This document shows positions 36,195 to 49,457 of a DNA stretch of 64,000 nucleotides, one piece after another (the stretch's first letter is position 1; each line of letters begins with the position of its first letter). A program made the translations under genes and the position numbers. A model generated the notes under the pieces. The model did no database searches. It was not told the DNA's origin and saw only the letters and a list, made by a program, of their open reading frames with translations. Origin of the DNA: Setoptus koraiensis (Eukaryota; Animalia; Arthropoda); assembly GCA_048013815.1 (NCBI GenBank), contig CM106585.1, forward strand, positions 7,998,001 through 8,062,000. The letters run 5' to 3'.

Positions 36195-38129
36195 ACAAAC
36201 CGAAATAGACCCGAGGCGAGCCTATAGGTTTGTTTTGTTTTCGACAGCGCGTATTTTTGGCAAGCAAACGAACGCACCTGAAACGGGCCCGTTATCCGTT
36301 TATGTGTGACGAAAGCAACAATCACTTGTTAGCCTCTCTCTCTCGGCACCTATATTTAGCTGCTCGTCACGGCTCGAGGAAACTGTCTCGCTCGTTCCAC
36401 CATATACACAACACGCTATTCTAAAGCGTGATAGCCTTGAGAAAGTCTCTCAACAGAAGCTGACAGCTCTCATTTCCTGTTTGCACACCTAACACCACAG
36501 TGGGCGCTATTTTGAGCTCAAGGGTGTGTTGATTGATGCTTGCACGATTGATATACCATCACCAGATAATGGTAACTAGAATCTTGCCTTTGCTTTGTGC
36601 GTTATGAACAACCAATGAAAACATTCAACTGTCTTAACGAGGACAGTTAACGACCAGACAAACAAAAAGAAAGAGGAAGCGTTCCATTTATAGCGCCAGG
36701 CTTCTATCAAGTGCCGTTCCGTTAAGGGTGCCGTGTGAAAAGAACTCAAATTCAATATTTCACCCATTCTGGGGACAAGTGGCTTGTTTGTGTTGCCGGC
36801 AGTTGAATTGCGACCAAACTTTCTTTTTTCTCTTTACAGCACAGTTCCAATGGACTGTTTGAAAGCGTCTCGGAGTAACAGAAATAAAGGCAACATCAAA
36901 CCAGACCTGAGTTAGGCACCGTTATCTGTCTTCGTTCATCCAGTGAAGATCGCATCAACTGATACGGTAGTATGGTCGGTGTAAGTAATGGTATCATCTG
37001 TAACGATTTACCCAGTCTGATGGACGTCATCATAAAACAGCGTCGTTGACGATGCCGGCTTGCAACATTAATCTAGTGAGTTTTGGATAGTTCCGCGCGC
37101 GCAAAAGTTTACCTATCGTTTGCTCGCAAGGTATACAATGAATTGTATGAAAGAAACAAAATATAAAATAATTGGCCCCTTTCTCTACCTAATACCGTGT
37201 GTAATATCTGCCGATATATCACATGGCGTCTACTAAAACAATATTATGTGTCCTCTCAGGTTACAAACACAGCGACAGTTCGTCAGTGCCGTATCAGTAT
37301 CAGTAGTAATAGTAATAGTATTAGCACTATCAGGTAGATTGCAAGACAGAGAGCAGAGGCAAAGTTAAAATATCGGCTCGGGATGAGGCTTAGTGTTAGT
37401 GGTATCTAAACAGCACACACAGAGTCATTTGTTATAATCTATACCAATGCTTGGCTGGCTGGATCATTGCTCGTAGTCACAAACAGCAGTATAGATACAA
37501 CCAACCAGACAACCAAACCAGACAACCAAACGCAATGAGTGTGGTTAAATGAATCGTTTGAGACAAACAACGGAATAGAAACATGAGTTTGTTGTAGTTT
37601 GGCTCGCAAAACATTGATGTCACACAAACAACTGACACAAACAAAATAACATGGATGGAATAAGATATGGCTGATAGGTTTGTAGCCATGTTTGTAGCCA
37701 CCAGCACAGCTAGTTCAGTGACCAGATCAGATAATGCCTTTACTCTTGTAACCAGACGAGCTGTAATTACCGGTAAGTTAAGAGTTATGCTGTTCCCATT
37801 GGTCGTCGGCGACAACAACCACCACCACCACTTCTGCTAGTTAAACACAATGTCTCTCTCTAATTTGAGCTAACCAGTCAACCAGCACAGTGGCCTGGTT
37901 GGTGGGGGCCAGCTGGACTGTTGTTCATTAGACGATATCGGTTGCGTTCTTTACACCATAGGACACGTACGAAATTCTCATTGAGCCAAAGTAACGTTAT
38001 ATGAAATTTACCTCATCAAGCGCTCCGGATTTAGTTTGACAATAAGCCGCTTGATTGTCTGGGTGTCAACAACGTGAGTTGTGACTGTTGTAACTGTTTC
38101 GTTGCACAAAAACATGATGATTTGGCAAT

Positions 38130-38600
38130 GTTATATAGCTAAAATTGAGTTTCGAGTTCATATGAGATCGAAATTCGAGGTCCATCAACTTTACCGGCAT
38201 CAACTTTAAGTAGGCATTCAGGCAACCACTGAAGCGAAGAATGTCAACCAGTTGGTACTTGGCCACAGTTTCAATAATATAAAGTGATTGACTGATGACA
38301 ATACTAGATCCATTCAAAGGAGTCGCTCAAATTGATTGAAAAAGATCGCACTTGAAACAGAAATTTCATCAGTTACTTATTGTTGAAATCCAAATGATAG
38401 CATAGTTGAGTAAATAGAAAGCCAACTGCAGTCAGCATTCTCGTGAGGACTATATCACCGCAATTTGTTAGGTAATCGTGCCGACGCGTAACCGTTTTTG
38501 TGGACATGGACAGCACACTCAGCCGATTTGTGCAGCTTGACAATTGCATGGGGCCATACGGCAGCGATCTAATCCTAGCCGCGACTAAATGCCTAAACAA
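38130..38600 (-). mobile_element. Possible highly decayed Ty3/gypsy-like reverse transcriptase relic
   Basis: Across broken frames, in RT order and roughly RT spacing: LPYG...RL (cf. MPFG...QRL), GDIVL (cf. DDILI), KC, then ILRFSGCLNAYLKLMP (cf. LRxFLGxxNYYRxFIP). Stops and frameshifts are present and the YxDD motif is not intact. Confidence 0.3.
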
Positions 38601-38700
38601 AATTTCATTTTATCCCATTTGTGAATGGATTAGTCTAGCTTGTTGAATTGAATGATATACTTTCGGCTTTCTAAACTTATCTGACATATTGTGAGATATA

Positions 38701-39505
38701 CTAGAATGAAAAAGCTCTCCATCAAAACTTGTAGTATGATTTTAGGATTAAGTGTAACAAACGCATAAAGAACAATATTGATATTGATACAACCTTTCGA
38801 GACAAGGTAGATTTAAACACGTTCCTATCGCCCACCATCTCCGCGAAAGTGAGACATTACGCCGGTTCATTCAAAGAGAACTTCATAGATTCCTTGTTGG
38901 AAGTGAAAAACCACCGAGATGCAAACTTCGTCAAGCTACAGTTTGTGATTGCTTTCATCAAAGAAATCCAGCCGGATTATGGCTCAGAACAAGTCGAGTC
39001 AGCCGAATGTTTTGACAGCCACAGTAATAGATGGGACAATATTGGGGCCGAGTTGAAGTGCATCATCGATCAATCATGCGAACTCAACATGACACTAAAA
39101 TCTGCAGACCAACCAGCTTCGTCAATGCGAATCTTTAGTATCTATGATATATGTTATTGTGGTGTCCAGCTTAGCGATAGAACTGTTGAGTTTTTCACGT
39201 CTGGAAAACCGTCTTGTATGCTCAGATCCGTTGATTAAGTCCGATGCTTTGTCAGACTCAGCATTCCTTCCTTCTGAATATCATAACAATAGGAGCTTAA
39301 AATCAAAGGGCTACACTTCCAGTATTGACGTCTGGGCCTTTGGAACAACTATCAGATATGGCAGATATCAGAGCAAAACCGAAGCCTGGCATCAACGTCA
39401 ATCAACTAACGAGACCGATAAATTGTAGCGATGATTCACGGTCAATAATGGATGAATGTTGACAGATGAACTTAAGTAAACGAATTGAGCCCCAAAGTTT
39501 GGCGA
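38701..39505 (+). pseudogene. Inverted, internally deleted JAK/hopscotch pseudogene fragment
   Basis: Matches the reverse complement of 55580-55041 joined to 53976-53691 of the JAK gene; 13-nt frameshifting deletion near 38766, 1070-bp deletion at about 39223-39228, several substitutions. Confidence 0.95.
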
Positions 39506-39527
39506 AAACAATTCCAAAAACTTGCTT

Positions 39528-40193
39528 TTATTTCTTAGCGAATGTTATCTTCATCTTATGTGTAGGAGACAGGTTGAAACCCTGGAGCGCATCTTTGGCT
39601 GCGCCTGATTGAATATCATTCTCAAATTCAACAAAGGCTATATCATGCCTGCCTGGTATAAGTCTAACTTCTTTGTATCCTGGAAATTGATTAAATAATA
39701 ATGTTAGCATGGCTTCGTTGGTTTCCTCTGGCAGATTTGTTAAGAATAATATATTGTTTGGTGGTTGCTCAGCAAAAACTGACAATGGATTTTCTTGCTG
39801 ATTAGTCTTGTTCTCTCTATTACCATTTGAATCTGATTTTGTTTTGTCTTTTTTCTTTTTCACTTGATCCGTTCTAGGCAGCTTCGGTCTAGCCACGAAT
39901 GTGCCCTTTTGTTTTGCTATAACGTCCGAGTCGGTTTTTGCATAACTAATCTGCATTGGCTTATCGTAAAATGGGAATTTCTGCATGGTCCTGACGGCTC
40001 TCGATGCACTATCAATTTCTTTGAAAACAACAAATGCTTGTCCTCGTAATTTGAGTGTCTTCTTCATATGGATGTCTATTATGGGTCCGAATTGACAAAA
40101 GACATCATGCAATGACTTTTTGATTTCGTCCATCTTGATTTTGTCATTGAGATTGTTGACATAAATAGTCTGATTGGGCGGTATGTCGGCCAT
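39528..40193 (-). CDS. snf: U1A/U2B''-family snRNP protein (SNF), two RRMs, intronless, 221 aa
   Basis: [15 protein letters not shown]...RGQAFVVF...[18 protein letters not shown] (RRM1); [18 protein letters not shown]...[14 protein letters not shown]...AKDALQGF...MKITFAKK (RRM2). Confidence 0.96.
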   Translation of the reverse strand: MADIPPNQTIYVNNLNDKIKMDEIKKSLHDVFCQFGPIIDIHMKKTLKLRGQAFVVFKEIDSASRAVRTMQKFPFYDKPMQISYAKTDSDVIAKQKGTFVARPKLPRTDQVKKKKDKTKSDSNGNRENKTNQQENPLSVFAEQPPNNILFLTNLPEETNEAMLTLLFNQFPGYKEVRLIPGRHDIAFVEFENDIQSGAAKDALQGFNLSPTHKMKITFAKK

Positions 40194-41306
40194 GGTTATG
40201 TTGTTGGCTATGAATAGTTGAGGTCATAAATATATTGAGAATGATTAAATGTGTCCTTACTGTGATTGGGCCAGGAAGCGGTTGTGTCCATATATATATG
40301 GGTTCACAGTTTGACTGTGATGAGTTTTGTCTTTGTTTCAGATGCTAAATAATAATAGAGATGGATAATTTTCAGGGCTCGCACACATGATAATGAGCGG
40401 CTCAACTAGAACAGTGAGCATGTGCGTGTGCAGCACTGGCACAGACGGTGCAGCATCCAAGAGTGATGCCGCAGCACCACCGAATGGAACAGCTTTAACA
40501 GCTCGTTTGTTTTGTTTGTGAGCAATTGTGCGTGTGTGTGTGTGGTGCAGCGAGTTTATTTGGTGCACGATAGCAATGCACCATGTCCCGCGGGGAGAGC
40601 GAGAGCACCACACACACTATTGTAATAGATGTAAACTGTGCTGCGCATAGCACTAGATCGAGATTCAATGCACCAGCACCACTACCAGTATGCACATATA
40701 GCTGTGGCGTTGTGTCTGTGTGTGTTGGGTTTGTTCGCTGCTGCTGCTGCTGCAGACTGCAGTTGTTGTAAGTTCGCTGTGAGTCACAATCTTGTGTGAG
40801 CATCATCGAATCGAATGGTGCGTCAGCGAATGCGGGAACAAAGCTCAGATCAATGCCTCATGGTGTGCGTGCACCATTAGCACTGCAAATGGCCATCACC
40901 AGCACAGACTCTGTGGCTCTGTGTGGCTTGAGCATATAGACAGACAGACAGACAGGCAGACAGAGAATAGGCGAGAGACAGAGAGCGAGAGTAAGTGAGC
41001 GAAAGAAAGAACGAGAGAGATAAGCAGAAAGAAACTACGAGACAAACGGGCAGTAAATGGTACTCATTAGCATTACTTTAACATCATTATTATTATTTTT
41101 ATAAATCATAATCACTATCACTGGATTAAATATACAACCATCTACTATTATCACCATCAACTTATTTTTTTTATATATTTCATGCACCCAAACTAACAAC
41201 AACATCTATTGACACTATATTTTTTATACATATTATATCATATTTAATATAGAACAATAATAACATTATTAGGCGATAACAACCACCACTAGCGACAACA
41301 ATCATA

Positions 41307-42626
<1,320 letters not shown>

Positions 42627-44200
42627 GTTCCTTTCATCATCCGTAGTTGTTATGGAGGCATTCTCTATTGTCTTTTTGTGTCATTCATGTCGAGTATGGT
42701 TCGCAAATCAGTCCAAGTTGTTCAAGTCTAGTCAATGAGTTCAATAAAAGGCCGGAAATTGTCAAATGTTTTATCACCACCACGCACACCATCATCACTA
42801 ACTGTAATTACTCACATCATCACGATAACAGTGGCCATATAAGAATCTATTGAATTGTCAATAAAAGGTACAGTCCCGAATGGAGCACTAAATATACAAA
42901 GATAGAACAATTGAATTGATTAAAGTCGAAAGACTATTTTCATCTAATACTAGAGATTTTGGGATAGCTCATTGGCTTCCAGAGTTGCATGTCGAACATG
43001 AATAGTATCGTCCCCTTTCTTGCAATCATGGATCAGGTCCATCAGAATTTTGTGACGCCATTAGTAACTAATTCAGGCTCGGGCTAGTTGATTGAATTCA
43101 TAGTGAATTCAGCCCTATCGAACATCCGTTGACACCTATCAGCTCCACGAGATCACGTAGATCTTAAGAACATCTCTTGAAATTGAATATATAGCAGTCT
43201 ATTTAAACATGTAGTCATAAGCAATCAGACGTCCTTCAAGCAGCCACACAATATAAAACTTTTGAGAGTTCTCTGCGCATGGTCGTAAAGATAGATTAGG
43301 TATGGTCAACCCGAACTATCAGCAAACTGAGAAAAAACACCAAACCTTGCAGACTCTATTGCGGACTCGGAAGCTCGACATTATGAGTTTAGAACATATC
43401 CTTTCTAAAAAATGGCCTAGATTAAATGTGTGGAATTTACGGGAAGATTCCAGAGAGGACTCAATGAGAGACCAAGCTTCTACATGTGTCATCAGAGAAG
43501 GCAATAAAATGTCAATAATAGTCACAATATAATTTTTATATTTGTAATTTTGAGAATTTTTCGATCATTTAATGGTTTGGGGAATGATCACTGGGCACAG
43601 AGGTCCAATTTTGATCAGCGTACGATTTTCCTGCTGATGCCCAAAAGTTTTACTTGAGTTAAGTTAATTGATCAGGTGTCCTCCTGAGAAGGGTGTTATC
43701 GAAATATTGAAAGTTTCAAGCGATTAATAAATTTCAATTAATACATAGATACCAAGCTTTGCTCGTCAAAACTTTCTGGTGCTGTTCTTTCACTTTTAAA
43801 ATTACAATTCCAAAACGATAACTATGAGTCTTGATTTGATTGGAGAAGAGACTGATCTGGTGAGACCAGCCAATCCAGATTGGATCACAGAAGAAACTAC
43901 TTCTCGGAAGTTCTCATAGGAAATCCTCCAAATATGTCAAGTTCATTTTAGTTACTATATATTAGTACACATTATCACAGATTCCATAACACATCATGCA
44001 TCATAGATCAAACCCAGTCGAGTCAATTTGATCAACATGATGATCACCAGAGTAACAGTGATGAATCGATCTGTAGCCGGTAAAACAAGAACATGCAACA
44101 TTCTGTGTGATTGGGTAAAATGTCAATCCATTAAAGCACCTTGCTTAGTGAGGCTAATAAGCTCTGAAGTATCGATACAGATTAAATCCATAAGATTGTA

Positions 44201-46591
44201 TCATTTTTTAAAAGTATTCTTGGGCCCTGCGTCGAACGTGAGATTCTGCGCCAAATTAGCCAACGTAGAGTCGAGATCTCCCTTAAAAAGTCCAGATCCA
44301 GTCGATGATATGTGCATATTATTCGTACCAGTGTTGACAGCACCACCAGCGCTCACACCACTGTTGCCCATGTTAAGTTTAGCATTGGCAAAAGATGATG
44401 TCGATGTCTGGTTTCCCACCTTGTTGAGAGGAACGGGTTGGAGTAGATCTCCAAGAACGTCGAGGCCTGAATACAAATTAAGTCGTGTTATTAAAAGCAT
44501 GGTGCAATGGTGAAAGGAATGAGAGAAGATGGAATACAAACCTGTGTTGTTACTGGAATTACCATTGTTAGTTCCAAATGCGGCCTCAAAGTTGATATCG
44601 GATGAAACTAGTGGTTTGACTTGATTCAAAGATGTTTCAACTGGTAAGTGAGAAGGCACAGGTGCTTGAGATTGTGACAAATTACTGAAGCTATTTCCCA
44701 TATTAAGTAGATTGGGCTGAAAATTGGTTTGGAAAGAGTTTGTGTTACTCTCGCTTAGGTTGGTTGGGGCATCATCATCGCCGAAACTACTTGAGAAACT
44801 AGCAAATGGGTTATTGACAGACTCGATCTTTGAAGCTGGCTTGGGAAAGGTGGATCCTATATCTGATTTTTGTATTATAGTGGATGTCTGTTGCAGATTG
44901 TTATTTGCAGGTGGCATATCCAGCAAACTAAATAGATCATCGCTAGCCTTGATTGTACCAGATTGAGTTTTGAGGTTATTACTTTCCAGAGCAACTGTTG
45001 CGGATGCAAGAGATAATTTGATTGTTTCCTCAGCCTTTTTTGGCTTATCGATATTATTGTTTAACCCTATCGATGAAAAGGAGTCGTTACCTTTCCCAAA
45101 TATGTCGTCGATAGCCTTGGGTTCCGTTGCATTGGAAGATGATGGTTCTCCAGTAGACCTAGGCGATTTACTTTTCAAACTCTTCATTCCATACTGACTA
45201 AGGACACGTGCCTCTTCCTCTAATGCTTTCTTAACTTCCTCGTCTTTGATGCCGCTAATTGAATAATCCTCTGCGACAGAGAAACTATTCGAATTTGGTG
45301 TAGATGGACGCGCTGATGGTAGAGGTAAACCAGAGCTGCTATTATCAGATTTCGATTTATACTTTTTGCTTGTCTCAATACTCTGCAAGTGTTGCTCCAA
45401 CGCATCCAAGAGAGAGCTAGGAGCTCGCTTCAAGTCTGGGATATCATCTTTATCTATACCAACAGCCTCAGCAACTCGCAGAAAGTCGGAAACTTTATCC
45501 ATCCGCACTAAGAATTTCTTGTAAATTTCGAAGGCGTCTCGACACAGTTTTCTGTTTAGAGTAAAGTATTTATCTGCTGATCGAGATGTGAAATAAAGCA
45601 TTCGGAATTAATTGATAATGTGAGATTGTATTTGCATGCAAAAGTATATCATTAATTAGTGAAGTAGCGATGTACTGACCGAGTAGATTGATTATTCCAT
45701 CGTTGTGACATGCGAAGAGGCGTATAAGATCCCTGAAGAGAAGCATAAAACAGGCGTTTATTACCCCATTATTGAGATCATTGGCACTGCAATCGAATTC
45801 GAGCAGGGCATCAAGTTGATTCTGAAGTATTGGTATTGTCTTCAATAGTCTATCAGCTGGCATTGTTCTCATAAGTCCTTGGTTACTGGAGACGATGGAT
45901 TTTTGAATGAGAGAAATCATCACATTAGAATGGACCAAAACCGGGTATAGTAGATTGTAGTATGATGAAAATCAAAATATCTAGTCTTGTTTGCTTTGCT
46001 TACCCTCTTGTGATCTTGCATAGATCAAAGGCTAACGTGCGATAGGACAATGCTTTCTCATTGATATACTTGGAGTATCGTCGAATGAACGTGGACATGT
46101 TGAAATCTCTTGCGGCCGTCTTATCTAGGAAGCTGGATAGTTGAAATGAGTAATTGCTTGAGGCTAGATATTGAGTGAAACGTTCATTTCCATAACACAT
46201 GAGATGATGTACTGTGACTAGAGCTTTGAATACCACCACCCAACTAATATGATTTGTTCTTTCTATAAGTAGATTGGCTAATTGAGGTATGGATACGTTT
46301 GGTTCTTGAGTGCAGGCCAGTAGATCTGTTGGGGAGTGGGGATTGATATTATATAGAAAAAGGAGAAGATTAGGTTGGTGATGCAACGATACTAAATTTG
46401 CGATGCAGATGGCCGATACTGCCATCGTTTCATTGATAAGGTGTTTTGTACTCACAATCTAGATGCTTCTTCTTGGGTCCGATCACCTCCTCTGTCGTTG
46501 CCTTGCATACGCACCTGGCTAGCCCTTGGCCAGCAAGAGCATACCTGGCTGCGTTAATTCGGTCATTGATTGTTTGTCCTGTGGCTGCCAT
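44201..46591 (-). CDS. lap: PICALM/AP180 clathrin assembly protein (ANTH domain); exons 46456-46591, 46004-46325, 45680-45885, 44542-45573, 44201-44466; 653 aa
   Basis: [84 protein letters not shown]. Four GT-AG introns (130, 118, 106, 75 nt) with consistent phases; 1962 nt in total. Confidence 0.93.
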
Positions 46592-47508
46592 ACTGAGTAA
46601 TATGTCTTGGTGTTTCAATATATGTGAGTTCTGTTTCTGTTAAATTAATAATGTGCGCGAATGAACTATACCGGTTTCAAGACGATAAAATCGAAATAGT
46701 GCTGACCCTGATCAGCAGTTTCATAAGGCGGAGAATATACTCGTATGTAGACAGGTGTGTGTTTGAAGAATAGATAATAATGTGTTAATATGATTAAATC
46801 AATATTGGATGTGGTTTGTATCCGAACGGCGAATAGAACAAAACGACAGCGAATTTGATTTTACTCACAACTGCACTTTGCAGACATGTTCATGGTGCAT
46901 TGCGGTCGTCACTTCACTTTATTTACGCCCACTGTGCGCTTGTATGTCTGAGTGTTTTTGATCAAAATTTTAAAGAATGCTAATCCAATGACCAAATGGT
47001 GCGGCACACTGTGCCGTTGATGCACAATTTTAACTGTTGTGCAGATGCGCTTGCAAATTTCCTGCTCTTTCAAATGGATGTCCAATTCAATATTGATATA
47101 CAGTGAATATTCTCAGCTTTGCACAATTTTTGTTTTTTCGCCTGTTTTCAGGTTCATAGTTCCACCAATTGTAGTTTTTGTCGACAATTATAGAGGGAGC
47201 TAGCAGAACATTACGAATTCTATGTGCGTTCAATGGCTACTCCTGCTAGTCTGATCGGCATCACCTATCCAGGTGAAACTCGGTACAGAGACGCTAGATC
47301 AGTTGTTCGAAAAATGTACCCTGTAGAGAAGCAGAGTTTGCTAACAAATAAGACTTTTTTGCGCTCAAATGCATTCTTTCACTGCGCAAACAGACAATAA
47401 CGTCCAGGTTAGATAGCATTAGAACGGGTGGCGCACTTTTGGAATACCTGTTCCGGTATCAGGGTACAATACTGTACCCAAAAATACCCAGAATAACCCC
47501 CCATCTTT

Positions 47509-47823
47509 CTAAATGCGACTAGGGGTGCTAGACAATGTCGATGGTTTGTTGATTACACCGCTGCCAACAGGTAACATAGACGTGGTACCCGCGGCTACGG
47601 CCAGATTTGTGGACAGATCGGACGATGATCGCCTCGATGACACTCTCGGCCCAGAGCCGCAGGGCTCATTGAACGAAAATATGGATCCTTCAGTGGCGAT
47701 GTCTAATTGAAATCTGTTTCTAGTAAATCGTTTTCTCACACCTACGAAGTAAGCCTCTTTTCCAGGTACAAAAGATTCCAACTGACTATAGCCTAGATCT
47801 TCTCTCCTGATCAAGCTGAGCAA
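47509..47823 (-). other. Ser-rich open frame, possibly a detached gene fragment (e.g. post-kinase part of Tak1)
   Basis: FSFNEPCGSGPRVSSRRSSSDLSTN looks coding-like; no ATG context or recognised domain. Confidence 0.2.
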
Positions 47824-48480
47824 GAAAAGGTATATAAAAACCTCAACTGAAGGTTAGTATTTGGAACAATCGTAATATTTTTCAGAACTCTATTGTTTTG
47901 CTTCTATTCGTCGTAAGAATATAGTATAAGGTGATTTGAGTTGAAATAAAGTGTAAATTTTTACAATTACTTGATACCGAAAAATCCACAAATTTGTTGA
48001 ATTCGCCCATTTACTGCTTTACGAATACGCTCGCTGTATTAATTACGCTAGGAATTACCAACCAACCAACCAACCAATCAACCAAAATTCTCATTATCAG
48101 TCCTGATATATTCAGAAATTTATCTACTACCCCAAGCATCATCCGTAGATGCTTGAGGGACTGTTGTGGATCCAAATAGCGGGTCTAATTTCAGAAAATA
48201 CGAAGAAAAATCTAGAACTTTTTCGGCCGAAGTTGGGAACGAGACTAGCGTATTCTCGTTCTCGGTACACTGGAGAGTTCATAAAGACTATAGTGGGCGT
48301 ATTCTGAGTGTCCCCCCTAGGAGGTTTACCTTGCTAGACTAGAGTCTACGTAGACTGATTGCTTATTCTGTCATCGCTGTCTGTAGGGTGGAATAGAGGC
48401 AGATTGAATATTGGAACGCAGTTGAATTGGCAGAATATAATAGATATAAACCAGGCCCTCATCTCCGCTATGAAGAACTG

Positions 48481-48863
48481 AATTGTAGGGCCCAACTGAG
48501 CTTGTCATTTAAATTATAATATTTTTTCGTCCCATGCAGAAACTTGTTCAGGCTACCTTTGTCGGCACACTCCATCACCAGGTAGGCGGGTAGTTTCTTG
48601 GTGCAGGCACCATAAAGTGTTATGATGTTAGGATGTTTTACGCGGGACAACTGTTGAACTTCAACCTCAAAGGATTCCCTTTCGTTCGCCGTTTGAAAAA
48701 TTTTGACGGCCACGGTCCTCTTTTTCCAGATCCCTATCTGCACAGTGCCATAACTGCCACGTCCTATGTTCTCGAACAATTCGAGATCCTTTGGATCTAT
48801 CTCCTCAACAAATTGGTCCTGTTGCGATGAGGTCGACGGTCGGTCTTCGTTGGATGGAGCCAT
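48481..48863 (-). pseudogene. Tak1: Truncated TAK1/MAP3K7 kinase (N-lobe to helix E only)
   Basis: EEIDPKDLE...IGRGSYGTV...VAVKIF...FEVEVQQLSRVKHPNIITLYGAC...LVMECADKGSL...LHG...SWALQ follows TAK1 subdomains I-VIa. It then stops after four unrelated codons, with no HRD/DFG and no consensus donor. Confidence 0.75.
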
Positions 48864-49457
48864 TGTGAGTGTTGTTCGGAATACGTACCCACCCTGACTT
48901 CCTTCAAACTTCACACATGGACCCCGAAGGGGCCCCAAAGAACAAATCAAGTGGTCCGGAAGTGCGGAAATTTCTACTTCTGGAGATATGGAAAAATGCA
49001 TTTTTCGGGCCTCAGAGGGGCCTCAGACCCCAATTTCCCGTATGATCGTCTAGATCTGGATGCTATCGATGTGATACAGTACAGATTTCTTCTCTATATC
49101 AACTTGTTCGCGAGATATTCAACCGAAATTGCAAGTTCGGAGATAATCTTGATTAGGAGTTGCGACTACTGGAACTATCAGGTCAGTCATAAGAAATCCA
49201 GCCTGGATTACAATTACAATTGTTCGCCCCATCGATCATGAGTCGTAAACCATTGTTGTGGCTAAATTATTTTTATTTTACAATCAACAAGAGGATTTTT
49301 CATATTGGTGATTATGATTCGAACAAAACAAAGCTTGAGCTAATACTCGACAGCAGTAGAGGACTTTGAAAGCATTTGGTAAATATTCTTTCTGCATACC
49401 GTCCCACTCTGACATCAATGTTTTATTCAAATATTGAGATTCCTTATCAAGTATGTT

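Noticed and set aside
42925-43532. VERLFSS peptide resembling a hAT dimerisation motif, plus nearby short ORFs
   Set aside because: Single short motif with multiple stops and no correctly spaced supporting motifs.
47317-47327. TACCCTGTAGA, matching the 5' end of miR-10/miR-993
   Set aside because: Only 11 nt match, and no complementary arm forms a precursor hairpin.
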